NCBI GenBank assembly: GCA_031550605.1
Contig: JAVBOK010000018.1
Coordinates: 23,284-87,283, forward strand
Reading direction: 5' to 3'
Length of the DNA stretch: 64,000 nucleotides
Source of the DNA: Desulfovibrionaceae bacterium
GTDB lineage: Bacteria > Desulfobacterota > Desulfovibrionia > Desulfovibrionales > Desulfovibrionaceae
Shown here: piece after piece, positions 8,107 through 17,594 of the stretch
Numbering within the stretch: the first letter of the stretch is position 1
Layout: the number at the start of each line of letters is the position of its first letter
The notes under the pieces: generated by a model
Databases searched by the model: none
The model's input: the letters and a program-made list of their open reading frames with translations, nothing else
What the model was told of the DNA's origin: nothing
Made by a program: the position numbers and the translations under genes

Positions 8107-9717
8107 ATGACGACGGACAGCTTTCTCAAGCCGAAACCGGGAACGGCCGGGGGCCTCGCCTCCTGGCTGTTCACCACGGACCACAAGCGCATCGGGATCC
8201 TGTACCTGTACTGCATCCTGGGCATGTTCCTGGTGGGGCTGCTGCTGGGGTTCTGCATCCGGCTGCAGCTGATGACGCCGGAATCGGGCTTCATGCAGCC
8301 CAGAACGTACAACGCGCTGTTCACGGTGCACGGCGTGGTCATGATTTTCCTGGTGGTGATCCCCAGCATCCCGGCGGCCTTCGGCAACATTTTTCTGCCC
8401 ATCCAGATCGGGGCGGAGGATGTGGCCTTTCCGCGCCTGAACATTTTTTCCTGGTGGCTGTACGCCATCGGGGCGGTACTGGCCGCCGTGGCCATTTTCA
8501 CGGGCAGCGGCGCGCCGGACACGGGCTGGACCTTTTACGTGCCCTTCAGCCGGGTGACCACCACCAACGTCAGCCTGGCGGTGTTCGCGGTCTTTATTCT
8601 GGGCTTTTCCTCCATCCTGACCGGGTTGAACTTCATCACCTCCATCCACCGCCTGCGCGCGCCGGGCATGACCTGGACGAAGCTGCCGCTGTTCTGCTGG
8701 TCCCTGTACGCCACGGGCTGGATCCAGGTGCTGGCCACCCCGGTGCTGGCCATCACCCTGCTGCTGATCATGGCCGAACGCATGTTGGGGGTGGGGCTGT
8801 TCGATCCCTCGCGCGGGGGCGATCCCATCCTGTACCAGCATCTGTTCTGGCTGTATTCGCACCCGGCGGTGTACGTCATGATCCTGCCGGCCATGGGGGT
8901 CATTTCCGAGATCCTGCCGGTGTTCGCGCGCAAATCCATTTTCGGGTACAAGATGATCGCCTTTTCCAGCCTGGCCATCGCCTTTGCGGGGTCCCTGGTC
9001 TGGGCCCACCACATGTTCGTTTCCGGCATGAGCGATACCGCCGTGCTGGTCTTTTCCTTTCTGACCTTCGTGGTGGCCATCCCTTCGGCCATCAAGGTTT
9101 TCAACTGGGTGGCCACGCTGTACAAGGGCAGCATCCGCCTGGAGCCGCCGCTGTGGTTCGCCCTGGCCTTTCTGTTTCTGTTCTCCATCGGCGGCCTGAC
9201 CGGGCTGGTGGTGGGCGCGGCGGGCACGGACGTGCATGTGCACGACACCTACTTCGTGGTCGCGCATTTTCATTACGTGATTTTCGGCGGCCTGGGTTTC
9301 GCCCTGTTCGGGGCCATGCACTACTGGTTTCCCAAGATATACGGCCGGATGTATGACAAGCGCGGCGCCAACCTGTCCTGCCTTCTGGCTTTCATCGGTT
9401 TCAACCTGCTGTACTTCCCCATGTTCATCGCGGGGATGGAAGGCATGCCCCGGCGCTATTACACGTATCCGGCCAAGTACGCCGCAACGCAGATGATTTC
9501 CACCGTGGGGTCATGGATACTGGCCGCCGCCATGCTGTATATGTTCTGGAACCTGATCCGGAGCATGCGCGGCGGGCCGGCCGCGGGCGGCAACCCCTGG
9601 GGCGGCGCCACCCTGGAATGGACCATCCCGTCCCCGCCGCCGCACCACAATTTCCCGTCCGAGCCGGTGGATATCCGCTCGCCCTATGACTACAGGGGGA
9701 TAGAACCCGATGCGTGA
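8107..9717 (+). CDS. ctaD: cytochrome c oxidase subunit I
   Basis: Motifs include WLFTTDHKRIGILY and the haem/CuB histidines (HHMF, WAHHMF, HFHYV). ATG 8107 has GGAGG 10 nt upstream. GTG 8032, overlapping the SCO stop, is an alternative start. Confidence 0.93.
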   Translation: MTTDSFLKPKPGTAGGLASWLFTTDHKRIGILYLYCILGMFLVGLLLGFCIRLQLMTPESGFMQPRTYNALFTVHGVVMIFLVVIPSIPAAFGNIFLPIQIGAEDVAFPRLNIFSWWLYAIGAVLAAVAIFTGSGAPDTGWTFYVPFSRVTTTNVSLAVFAVFILGFSSILTGLNFITSIHRLRAPGMTWTKLPLFCWSLYATGWIQVLATPVLAITLLLIMAERMLGVGLFDPSRGGDPILYQHLFWLYSHPAVYVMILPAMGVISEILPVFARKSIFGYKMIAFSSLAIAFAGSLVWAHHMFVSGMSDTAVLVFSFLTFVVAIPSAIKVFNWVATLYKGSIRLEPPLWFALAFLFLFSIGGLTGLVVGAAGTDVHVHDTYFVVAHFHYVIFGGLGFALFGAMHYWFPKIYGRMYDKRGANLSCLLAFIGFNLLYFPMFIAGMEGMPRRYYTYPAKYAATQMISTVGSWILAAAMLYMFWNLIRSMRGGPAAGGNPWGGATLEWTIPSPPPHHNFPSEPVDIRSPYDYRGIEPDA

Positions 9718-10354
9718 GAACAGGGACCATCAGGCCGTCGAATACGTCCGGCCCCAAAGTCTGGAAAACGGGGAGGACGAAACCGCCCGCATCGGCATGT
9801 GGTTGTTCCTGTTCACGGAAGTGCTGCTGTTCGGCGGGCTGTTTCTGCTTTTTGCCGTGTACCTGCACCGCTATCCCGCCGAATTCCACCAGGGGGGGCT
9901 GTATCTGGACCGCCTCCACGGCGCGGTCAATACAGTGGTGCTGATCACCAGCAGCTTCACCGTCGCCCTTGCGGTTTCGGCCCTGCAGTCGGGCAAAAGC
10001 GGCCGCGCGACAAGATGTCTGGACTGCACCGTGGCGCTGGCCCTGACCTTTCTGGTCATCAAGTATTTCGAATGGAGCGCGAAAATCCACCACGGCATTT
10101 ACCCGCAGGGGCCGGAACTGCTGAAACTGCCCCTGGGCGAAATGATCTTTTTCAACCTGTACTATCTGATGACCGGCCTGCACGCGGCGCACGTGGTCAT
10201 CGGTTCCGGGATCATCCTGTTCGCGCGGCGCAGGATCAAAACCGGGGCGGTGACGGAAAAGAACCCGTCCCTGCTGGAAAACACGGGCCTGTACTGGCAC
10301 CTGGTGGACCTGGTCTGGATTTACCTGTTCCCGCTTTTTTACCTGGCGGTGTGA
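9710..10354 (+). CDS. ctaE: cytochrome c oxidase subunit III
   Basis: Motifs include MWLFLFTEVLLFGGLF and YWHLVDLVWIYLFPLFY. The start overlaps the coxI stop by 8 nt. Confidence 0.88.
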   Translation: MRENRDHQAVEYVRPQSLENGEDETARIGMWLFLFTEVLLFGGLFLLFAVYLHRYPAEFHQGGLYLDRLHGAVNTVVLITSSFTVALAVSALQSGKSGRATRCLDCTVALALTFLVIKYFEWSAKIHHGIYPQGPELLKLPLGEMIFFNLYYLMTGLHAAHVVIGSGIILFARRRIKTGAVTEKNPSLLENTGLYWHLVDLVWIYLFPLFYLAV

Positions 10355-10357
10355 CCC

Positions 10358-10642
10358 ATGAACCACGACAACAGCCATATCGTCCCGCCGCATCTGTACG
10401 CGCTGGTGTATTTCGCGCTGCTGGCCCTGACCGCCCTGACCGTGGCCGTCGCGTACATGCATTTCATCTTTTTCCACGTGGTGGTGGCCCTGACGGTGGC
10501 GACGGCCAAAGCGGCCCTGGTGATGCTCTATTTCATGCACCTGCGCTGGGCGAGCAAAACCGTTATCGCCATGGTGCTGACCATGACCGTGATTCTGGCC
10601 ATCATCATCGGGTTCACTTTTTTCGACGTGGCATACCGGTGA
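10358..10642 (+). CDS. cytochrome c oxidase subunit IV (prokaryotic small subunit)
   Basis: A 94-aa protein with three hydrophobic helices (YFALLALTALTVAVAY..., VALTVATAKAALVMLYFMHL), positioned between coxIII and coxII. Confidence 0.75.
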   Translation: MNHDNSHIVPPHLYALVYFALLALTALTVAVAYMHFIFFHVVVALTVATAKAALVMLYFMHLRWASKTVIAMVLTMTVILAIIIGFTFFDVAYR

Positions 10643-10698
10643 TCTGACGAAAGCGGGGCGCCGCCCCATCCCGCAACAGGGGAAAATGGAACACGCAT

Positions 10699-11790
10699 AT
10701 GTACCTGGAATCCCTTTCTCCCGTGCAAAAGGTCGATTTCGCCTTTTATCTGATCTTCGGCTTTTCCGCCGTGATGCTGCTGGGCCTGACCTGCACCGCC
10801 GCGTATTTCGTCTGGCGCTACCGCGCGAGCCGCCATCCGCGGGCGGAAGACATCAGGGGCAACATCGTTGCGGAAGTCATCTGGACCCTGATCCCCAGCC
10901 TGATGGTCCTCGGCCTGTTCCATTACGGCTGGGTGGGATTTCGCGCCCTGCGCGACGCGCCCGCCGACGCCATCCCCGTAACGGTCACGGCCCGCATGTG
11001 GTCCTGGAGCTTCACCTACCCCAACGGCAAGCACAGCAACGTGCTGGTGGCGCCGGCGGACAGGCCGGTGAAGCTGATCATGACCAGCCGCGACGTGATC
11101 CACAGCTTTTTCGCGCCCGCGTTCCGCATCAAGATGGACACGGTGCCGGGCATGCAGACCTACGCCTGGTTCAAGGCCGCGCGCGCCGGCGACTATGACG
11201 TGTTCTGCGCCGAATACTGCGGCGACAAGCACGCGGACATGCTCGCCACCATCCGGGTGGTGGACGAGGCCGAATACGCGACATGGCTGAACAGGCCGGA
11301 AGAAGCCGCCGGCGCGGAAGCGGGCAAACAGCTTATGGACGCCCAGGGCTGCTTCGCCTGCCATTCCGTGGACGGCGGACCCGGCGTGGGCCCCACCTTC
11401 AAGGGCGCCTGGAACCATGCCGTCACCGTGCACGAGAGCGGCGTGAAGAAGCGGATCAGGGCCGACGACGCCTATATGCGCGAATCCGTCACCCATCCGG
11501 AAAAAAAGATCGCCGACGGGTACGACAACACCATGCCGCCCTATCCTGACCTTACCAAGAACCAGTTGGACAGCATGATGGAATTTTTGCGGTCCCTGGC
11601 GGAAAGCGGCGGCAACGGCGCGGCGGCGGAAAACGCCCCTCCCGCCGGGGGACCCTCCCCGGACGCGGCGGGCACGCCCTCCGCGGAAACCGCGCCCCGG
11701 ACCGCGCCGGAAAACGCCCCCGCGCGGGAAACGGAATCTCCCGCCAAAGCGGCCCCCGGCACACCCCCGACGCAGGCTGGGAAGCCGTGA
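10699..11790 (+). CDS. ctaC: cytochrome c oxidase subunit II fused to a C-terminal cytochrome c domain
   Basis: It has two N-terminal TM helices, the CuA site HSFF...CAEYCGDKHADM and a haem c site CFACHS. It ends in a roughly 60-aa Pro/Ala/Gly-rich tail. Confidence 0.9.
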   Translation: MYLESLSPVQKVDFAFYLIFGFSAVMLLGLTCTAAYFVWRYRASRHPRAEDIRGNIVAEVIWTLIPSLMVLGLFHYGWVGFRALRDAPADAIPVTVTARMWSWSFTYPNGKHSNVLVAPADRPVKLIMTSRDVIHSFFAPAFRIKMDTVPGMQTYAWFKAARAGDYDVFCAEYCGDKHADMLATIRVVDEAEYATWLNRPEEAAGAEAGKQLMDAQGCFACHSVDGGPGVGPTFKGAWNHAVTVHESGVKKRIRADDAYMRESVTHPEKKIADGYDNTMPPYPDLTKNQLDSMMEFLRSLAESGGNGAAAENAPPAGGPSPDAAGTPSAETAPRTAPENAPARETESPAKAAPGTPPTQAGKP

Positions 11791-12494
11791 ACGCCCTGCG
11801 CGATGCGGTTTCCCTGCTGCGCCTGCCCGTGGCCTGCATGGTGGCGGCGGCGGCGGCCTTCGGCTATCTGCTGGTCCGGCCCGTTTTCACGCCCGAACTG
11901 TCCTGGCTTATGCCGGGGTCCGCCCTGCTGGCGGGGGCCTGTTCCGCGCTGAACCAGGTGCAGGAGCAGGACAGCGACGCGCTGCTGCCCCGCACCAGAA
12001 ACCGCCCCCTGCCGGCGGGCCGCATGACGGCCGCCACGGCCCTGGCCATCGGCGCGGCCGCCTTCTCCGCCGCCTGCCTGTGCCTGCACCGGGCCGCCGG
12101 GCCGGGCATGATCGTCTGGGCCTGCGCCATCGCCCTGGCCTACAACGGCCTGTATACCCCCCTCAAGCGGCTGAGCGGCCTGGCTCTGCTGCCCGGCGCC
12201 CTGGCGGGGGCCACGCCCCCGGTTCTGGGCTGGGTCGCGGCCGGGGGCAATCCCCTGGACCCGTCCGCGCTGGCGGTATACAGCGCGTATGTGCTCTGGC
12301 AGGTGCCGCATTTCCGGCTGCGCGTGGAAAAGGACAAGGCCGCGTATGCGGCGGCCGGCCTTCCCCTGCCGGCGGCCTTTTCCGGGCCGCCGTGCGAGCG
12401 GCTGCGCGGCCTGATGCTGTCGCCCGAAGTCGTCGACGGCGGCATGGCCCTGGGCATGACGTTGATTCTGGCGGACAGGATGCTTTTCCTGTAA
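11787..12494 (+). CDS. ctaB: protohaem IX farnesyltransferase (haem O synthase), UbiA family, shorter than usual
   Basis: GTG 11787 overlaps the coxII TGA. Motifs include NQVQEQDSDALLPRTRNRPLPAG, YTPLKR, PPVLGW and WQVPHF. At 235 aa it appears to lack the last helices of canonical CtaB/CyoE. Confidence 0.72.
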   Translation: MNALRDAVSLLRLPVACMVAAAAAFGYLLVRPVFTPELSWLMPGSALLAGACSALNQVQEQDSDALLPRTRNRPLPAGRMTAATALAIGAAAFSAACLCLHRAAGPGMIVWACAIALAYNGLYTPLKRLSGLALLPGALAGATPPVLGWVAAGGNPLDPSALAVYSAYVLWQVPHFRLRVEKDKAAYAAAGLPLPAAFSGPPCERLRGLMLSPEVVDGGMALGMTLILADRMLFL

Positions 12495-12513
12495 GTTCCG
12501 GTTCGGAGGCTCC

Positions 12514-12933
12514 ATGCTGATATACTGGCTGCATCCCGTCTGGCAGGTCCTCGCCACGTTGCTGGCGGCATACGCGCTGTTCCTGGCCCTGCCCCGGATC
12601 GTCGCGGTGCATTTCGGCCAGCGCCGCCTGTTCAACTGGAAGGGGCACGTGCGCTCGGGCAGATGGGCCGTGCTGCTGTGGGTGGCGGGCACGGCCGTGG
12701 GCATTCTGGTGGCCCGTCTGGAATGGCAGGCCTTTTTCATCACCGGCGACCACGCCTGGGTCGGCCTGGCCATGGTCGTCCTCGCCCTGTTCGGCTACGC
12801 CACGGGACGGCACATGGACAGGGCCAAAACCCACCGCGTCTGGCTGCCGGCCCTGCACGGCCTGAACAATGCGGCCCTGATTGTTCTTGCCCTGTGGCAG
12901 ACCTGCACCGGCTGGGCGTTTTTGCCGTACTGA
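12514..12933 (+). CDS. small integral membrane protein (four predicted helices, DUF4079-like), last gene of the oxidase operon
   Basis: ATG 12514 has GGAGG upstream. The 139-aa protein has four hydrophobic segments with conserved-looking His residues (WLHP, GHV, TGRH, ALHG). No motif is diagnostic for function. Confidence 0.5.
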   Translation: MLIYWLHPVWQVLATLLAAYALFLALPRIVAVHFGQRRLFNWKGHVRSGRWAVLLWVAGTAVGILVARLEWQAFFITGDHAWVGLAMVVLALFGYATGRHMDRAKTHRVWLPALHGLNNAALIVLALWQTCTGWAFLPY

Positions 12934-12935
12934 GC

Positions 12936-13190
12936 ATTTTCGGAATGAAAACGCTCCGGCGGACGCACAGCGCGGCGCAACGGCCCCGTAAAGGAGCGCG
13001 CCGCGCATTCGGGACAGGCCGGAGCGGCTTGTCCGCGGGCTGCCGACAAATCCCGCACAGCCGGGGCGTGCACCGGCCCGCTCACTCCGGCGCGTGCCGA
13101 CGGCAATGAATGCCGCCCGCGCGGCAGCCTGTTGCCCGAAAGGATTTCGCCCCATCGGAAAAGGGTGTTTCGTCTTTTTCAAAACGGGTG
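12936..13190 (-). repeat. family A repeat, composite copy 3 (inverted copy of 32390..32692)
   Basis: Contains gaatgaaaacgctccggcgg, gggacaggccggagcggcttgtccgc, ccggctgtgcggg (on the reverse complement) and cggcaatgaatgccgcc...ggcagcctgttgcc. The blocks appear in the same order as the 32390..32692 and 50190..50345 copies when reverse-complemented. Confidence 0.7.
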
Positions 13191-13282
13191 CGGCGGAAAT
13201 CTCAAGGATAATCCGTTCCGACGGCTGTTCACCCGTTGGAAAAATCCGGCTGTTCCGCAACCATTCCCGCAAAGGAGCGTGT

Positions 13283-14215
13283 ATGAAAATCCTTGTCTCG
13301 CTCGGACTCTGCCTGGGCCTTTCCCTTGCCGCCGGCGAAGCTTTTGCCGCGCCACAGAAAGCGCCCGACAAAACGCCCCCCGCCGCCGCGGGAGCCGCCC
13401 CCGGCAAGTACGCCGTGGGCAAGGCCACGGTGTACTCCCTGCAGGACGTGGCCCGCGACATGGACACGTCCATCTTCAGCGGCGCGCCCGCCGAAACGAT
13501 CAGCAAACTGGCCCCCACAGGCAAAGCGCCGTCGTCCGTTTACGTTTTCCTGATCAAAAACGGCGGGCGCACCATTCTGGTGGACACGGGGTTCGGCAAA
13601 CGGGAAAACCCGGCCAGCCAGCTGCTGGCGAAAATGGCCGCCGTGGGCGTAAAGCCGGAAGCGGTCACCCATCTGCTGCTCACCCATCTGCACGGCGACC
13701 ACGTGGGCGGGCTGGCCTGGAACGGCAAGGCCGCTTTCCCCAATGCCGAGGTGCTGGTCAGCGCGCCGGAAAAAGAATACTGGCTCGACCCCGCGACCCT
13801 GGAGAAAAACCCCGGCCGCAAGGGCAACATCGACCTGATCAGAACGAATTTCGCCCTGTACGGCAGCAAGGTGAAAACCTTCACGCTGGGCGACACGGTC
13901 CTGCCCGGCATCCTGTCCGTGGCGTCCGCGGGCCATACGCCCGGCCACGCGGCGTTTTTGCTGGAATCCGGGAAGGACCGCATGCTGTTCTGGGGCGACA
14001 TCGTGCACGCGGCGGCCCTGCAGTTTCCCGATCCCAAAATCTGCGCCCAGTACGACATGGACGCGCCGGGCGCCGTTGCCGCGCGCCTGGCCATGATGGA
14101 CCTGGCCGCCCGGGGGAACATGCCCGTGGCCGGCGCGCATCTGCCCGCGCCCGGCGTCGGCCGGGTGAAGACGGGCAAAGAAAAAGACACCTTTGTCTAT
14201 ACGCCGGGGATGTGA
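13283..14215 (+). CDS. secreted MBL-fold metallo-hydrolase
   Basis: ATG 13283 has AAAGGAG upstream. The signal peptide is MKILVSLGLCLGLSLAAGEAFA and the metal-binding motif is THLHGDHVGG. Substrate is unknown. Confidence 0.75.
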   Translation: MKILVSLGLCLGLSLAAGEAFAAPQKAPDKTPPAAAGAAPGKYAVGKATVYSLQDVARDMDTSIFSGAPAETISKLAPTGKAPSSVYVFLIKNGGRTILVDTGFGKRENPASQLLAKMAAVGVKPEAVTHLLLTHLHGDHVGGLAWNGKAAFPNAEVLVSAPEKEYWLDPATLEKNPGRKGNIDLIRTNFALYGSKVKTFTLGDTVLPGILSVASAGHTPGHAAFLLESGKDRMLFWGDIVHAAALQFPDPKICAQYDMDAPGAVAARLAMMDLAARGNMPVAGAHLPAPGVGRVKTGKEKDTFVYTPGM

Positions 14216-14216
14216 C

Positions 14217-14290
14217 GCGGGATTGCCCCCACGGGGGCAATCCCGCCGTGAAAATGCTCCGGCGGGTGCGCGGCGCGGCGAAGCTGCCGG
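14217..14290. repeat. perfect 14-bp-stem hairpin followed by a partial family A repeat end
   Basis: GCGGGATTGCCCCC-ac-GGGGGCAATCCCGC occupies 14217..14246, followed by gtgaaaatgctccggcgg, which matches the gtgaaaacgctccggcg end of copy 1. No T-tract follows, so terminator function is unproven. Confidence 0.5.
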
Positions 14291-14385
14291 TTTTTTCCAC
14301 CCGCAGTGGTCAAATCACAGGAAACCTGATATCGGTGGACACGAAAACCTGTTACCCGCGCATCCGCGGATAAGGGAGCCATCGT

Positions 14386-16146
14386 ATGGACAGAACAACT
14401 GTTGCCGTCTGCATCGGCGGCGAGGCCGGACAGGGGATCGCCACCATCGGCCAGGTGCTGGGCAAAGCCCTGGTCCGCAACGGCTATGCCCTGCACGTGA
14501 CCCAGACCTATGAATCGCGGGTCCGGGGCGGGCACAACACCTTTGCCCTGCGCGCGGGCAACAATATCGCCCATGCCCCCTCGGAAGACATCGACCTGCT
14601 GATCGCCCTGGACGCGGCCAGTTTTCAGCATCTTCCCGAACTGACGCCGCAGTCGTTGATCGTCTGCGACCGGGCAGTGGCGGATCTGGCCGCTTCCGCG
14701 CCGCTGCCGCCGGAAGCGCGGCTGCTCCGCGTTCCCGTAAAGGAACTGGGGCAGCATGAAAACACGGTCATGCTGGGCATAGCCGGAAAGCTGCTGGGCC
14801 TGAACAAACAGGACCTGTCCGCCGCCCTGGCGCATTTTCTGGGCAAGCAGCCCGCCGCCGTGCTGGCGGAAAACGAGGCCGCCCTTGACAAGGCCTTTGC
14901 CTGGCCGGATGCGCAGGGCGCGTCTTTTGCGCCGCTGACCGCGCCGGTTCTGCCGAAAAACGCCAACATCATGGTCCACGGCAACGAGGCCGCCGCCCTG
15001 GGCGCCATGGCCGGCGGGCTGAAATTCTGCGCCTTTTATCCCATGTCCCCGTCCACGTCCGTGCCCCTGACCGTGGCCGCGGCCGCCACGCGCATGGGCA
15101 TCGTGCTGGAACAGGTGGAAGATGAGATCGCGGCCGTGAACATGGCCATGGGCGCATCGTATGCGGGCGCTCCGGCCATGGCCGCCACATCCGGAGGCGG
15201 ACTGGCCCTGATGAGCGAGGGCGTCAGCCTGGCCGGGATTTCGGAAACGCCCCTGGTCCTGGTCATCGCCATGCGGCCGGGTCCGGCCACTGGTCTGGCC
15301 ACCCGCACGGAGCAGGGCGATCTGGAACTGGCCCTCCACTCGGGCCACGGAGAATTTCCCCGCGCCATCCTCGCGCCAGGCACTTTGGACCAGTGCTTTG
15401 ACCTGACCCGCAGGGCCTTTCTCCTGGCGGAAGAATACCAGATTCCCGCTTTTGTGCTGACCGATCAGTACCTGGCCGATTCTTATCGCGAAAGCGCGCC
15501 CTTTGACCTGGGCGGCCCGTCCGTGGTCCTGCCGCGGCCGTCCGACGACACCGCGTACGAACGCTATGCGATCACGGAAAGCGGCGTCTCCCCCCGCTTG
15601 CTGCCCGGCGCGGGCAAGGCCCTGGTGGTCTGCGACAGCCACGAGCACACCCCCAACGGACATATCACGGAAAACCTGCCTTTGCGGGCGAAAATGCAGG
15701 AAAAACGCATGGCCAAACTGCAGGGCCTGATCCGGGACGCCGTTGCCCCGAACTTCAGCGCCCCTCGCGGCGGTTGTGATCCTCGCGGCGGCCGCGACTG
15801 GTGCGAACCGGAAATATTCGACGCCCCCGCCGACACGCTTCTGGTTTGCTGGGGCAGCACCCTGGGCGCGGTCAGGGAAGCGGCGGCCATGCTGCACGAC
15901 GCCGGCGAACGCGCGGAAGTCTGCCACTTTTCCCAGGTCTGGCCGCTGCGGCCGGACGATTTTCTGCCCCGTTTCCAGGCCGCAAGGCGCGTGATCATGG
16001 TCGAAGGCAACAGCACGGGCCAGATGGCCGGCCTGATCCGGCGCGAAACCGGTTTTGCCGTGCACGGCAAGGTGCTGCGGTACGACGGCCTGCCCGTGAC
16101 GGCCCGCTACATTCTGGAGCGCATCAAGGAGGGACGCCATGCTTGA
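14386..16146 (+). CDS. korA: 2-oxoacid:ferredoxin oxidoreductase, fused gamma/alpha subunit
   Basis: ATG 14386 has AAGGGAG upstream. The N-terminus IGGEAGQGIATIGQVLGKALVRNGY...SRVRGGHN is the gamma-domain signature, followed by the alpha domain (NEAAALGAMAGG..YPMSPST). Confidence 0.85.
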   Translation: MDRTTVAVCIGGEAGQGIATIGQVLGKALVRNGYALHVTQTYESRVRGGHNTFALRAGNNIAHAPSEDIDLLIALDAASFQHLPELTPQSLIVCDRAVADLAASAPLPPEARLLRVPVKELGQHENTVMLGIAGKLLGLNKQDLSAALAHFLGKQPAAVLAENEAALDKAFAWPDAQGASFAPLTAPVLPKNANIMVHGNEAAALGAMAGGLKFCAFYPMSPSTSVPLTVAAAATRMGIVLEQVEDEIAAVNMAMGASYAGAPAMAATSGGGLALMSEGVSLAGISETPLVLVIAMRPGPATGLATRTEQGDLELALHSGHGEFPRAILAPGTLDQCFDLTRRAFLLAEEYQIPAFVLTDQYLADSYRESAPFDLGGPSVVLPRPSDDTAYERYAITESGVSPRLLPGAGKALVVCDSHEHTPNGHITENLPLRAKMQEKRMAKLQGLIRDAVAPNFSAPRGGCDPRGGRDWCEPEIFDAPADTLLVCWGSTLGAVREAAAMLHDAGERAEVCHFSQVWPLRPDDFLPRFQAARRVIMVEGNSTGQMAGLIRRETGFAVHGKVLRYDGLPVTARYILERIKEGRHA

Positions 16147-16993
16147 CCCGAAAATCTACGGCGAATACGCGACATCCTGGTGTCCCGGCTGCGGCAACCA
16201 CGACGTGCTTGTCGCCGTGAAAAAAGCCATGGCCATGGCCGGCCTGCCGCCGGAAAAAGTGCTGATGGTCAGCGGCATCGGCCAGGCGGCCAAAGCCCCG
16301 CACTACACCAAAGTCAACGTGCACAACGGCCTGCACGGCAGAGCCCTGCCCGTGGCCACCGGCGCGAAACTGGCCAACCCGGACCTGACCGTCATTGTGG
16401 AATCCGGGGACGGCTGTCTGTACGGCGAAGGGGGCAACCACCTTATGGCCGCCCTGCGGCGCAACGCGGATATTACCATCCTGGCCCACAACAACGGCAT
16501 CTACGGCCTGACCAAGGGCCAGGCCAGCCCCACCAGCACCGCGTCCATCCAGAGCAAGGCCCAGCCTTTCGGGGTCAACAACCTGCCCTTCAACCCCGTT
16601 GCCGCGGCCGTCGTATTGGGGGCGTCCCTGGTGGGCCGGGGCTTTTCGGGAGACAAGGAAGGACTGGCGCAACTGGTCCTTCAGGCCATACGCCACCCCG
16701 GCGTCGCGCTGCTGGATATCCTCAGCCCCTGCGTGTCCTTCAACAAATACAACACCTTCGCCTGGTACAAAAAACGCTGCCGGCCCCTGCCCGCGGGGCA
16801 TGACCCCACGGACAAGTTCGCGGCCCTGAAAGAGGCGGAAAAATGGGACGAGGAAATCCCCCTGGGCGTCATTTACCGCCGGGACGGCAGGCCGGTCATG
16901 GAAAGCCATTTCCCCATGCTGGCCAAAGGCCCCCTGTGGACCCAGCCGGTGGACAAGGCGGCCTTGCGGTCCGTCATGGACGGGTATAGATAA
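16139..16993 (+). CDS. korB: 2-oxoacid:ferredoxin oxidoreductase beta subunit (TPP-binding)
   Basis: It overlaps korA by 8 nt. Motifs include WCPGCGNHD and GDGCLYGEGGNH (TPP-binding GDG). Confidence 0.85.
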   Translation: MLDPKIYGEYATSWCPGCGNHDVLVAVKKAMAMAGLPPEKVLMVSGIGQAAKAPHYTKVNVHNGLHGRALPVATGAKLANPDLTVIVESGDGCLYGEGGNHLMAALRRNADITILAHNNGIYGLTKGQASPTSTASIQSKAQPFGVNNLPFNPVAAAVVLGASLVGRGFSGDKEGLAQLVLQAIRHPGVALLDILSPCVSFNKYNTFAWYKKRCRPLPAGHDPTDKFAALKEAEKWDEEIPLGVIYRRDGRPVMESHFPMLAKGPLWTQPVDKAALRSVMDGYR

Positions 16994-17077
16994 CGGATAA
17001 CGGCGGCCGGGGGGAGTGATGCCCCCCCGGCGCGGCTCCGCCGTCCCGGACCGAAACCGGCCGCGTGGTATCCCCCC

Positions 17078-17494
17078 ATGACGAAGCATGTTTCCTGGCC
17101 GCCGAAGTATCGCTGGCTGCACGACTACGCCCGCGCGAAACCCCATGCCGTGCTGGAATGGAAAAAAAGCTGGGACGCCCTGCTCTATCGCCTGCACGGC
17201 AGGATATTCGCCCTGCTGCTGCGGAACACGGCGGGCGAGACGCTGCTGAACCTCAAGTGCGATCCCTACCTGTCTCTGGATTTCCGCGGCCGCTACCCTG
17301 CCGTGCTGCCCGGTTGGCACATGAACAAACTGCACTGGATTTCCCTGGATCTGCAGGGCGCCACCCCGGAAAACGTCTGCCGGGAACTGGTGGATATTTC
17401 CTATGACCTGGTATGGGCGGGACTTCCCCAAACCCTCAGAGGCGGCAGGCCGGAACGAAAACAGCGCCGGGCTGTGCCCTCGCCGCCGGATTGA
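17078..17494 (+). CDS. MmcQ/YjbR-family protein
   Basis: A 138-aa protein. The pattern ...WDALLYRLHGRIFALL...LNLKCDP...PGWHMNKLHWISL is characteristic of the YjbR fold family as I recall it. Confidence 0.6.
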   Translation: MTKHVSWPPKYRWLHDYARAKPHAVLEWKKSWDALLYRLHGRIFALLLRNTAGETLLNLKCDPYLSLDFRGRYPAVLPGWHMNKLHWISLDLQGATPENVCRELVDISYDLVWAGLPQTLRGGRPERKQRRAVPSPPD

Positions 17495-17594
17495 ACGGCA
17501 AACGGGAATGCGCCCGCGGCTTTCGCGCCTGTTTTCGCTTGCCCTCCGGCGGGAGCGCCCGTTATGGATGGCTAGCCATGCAAGGAGGATCGCC

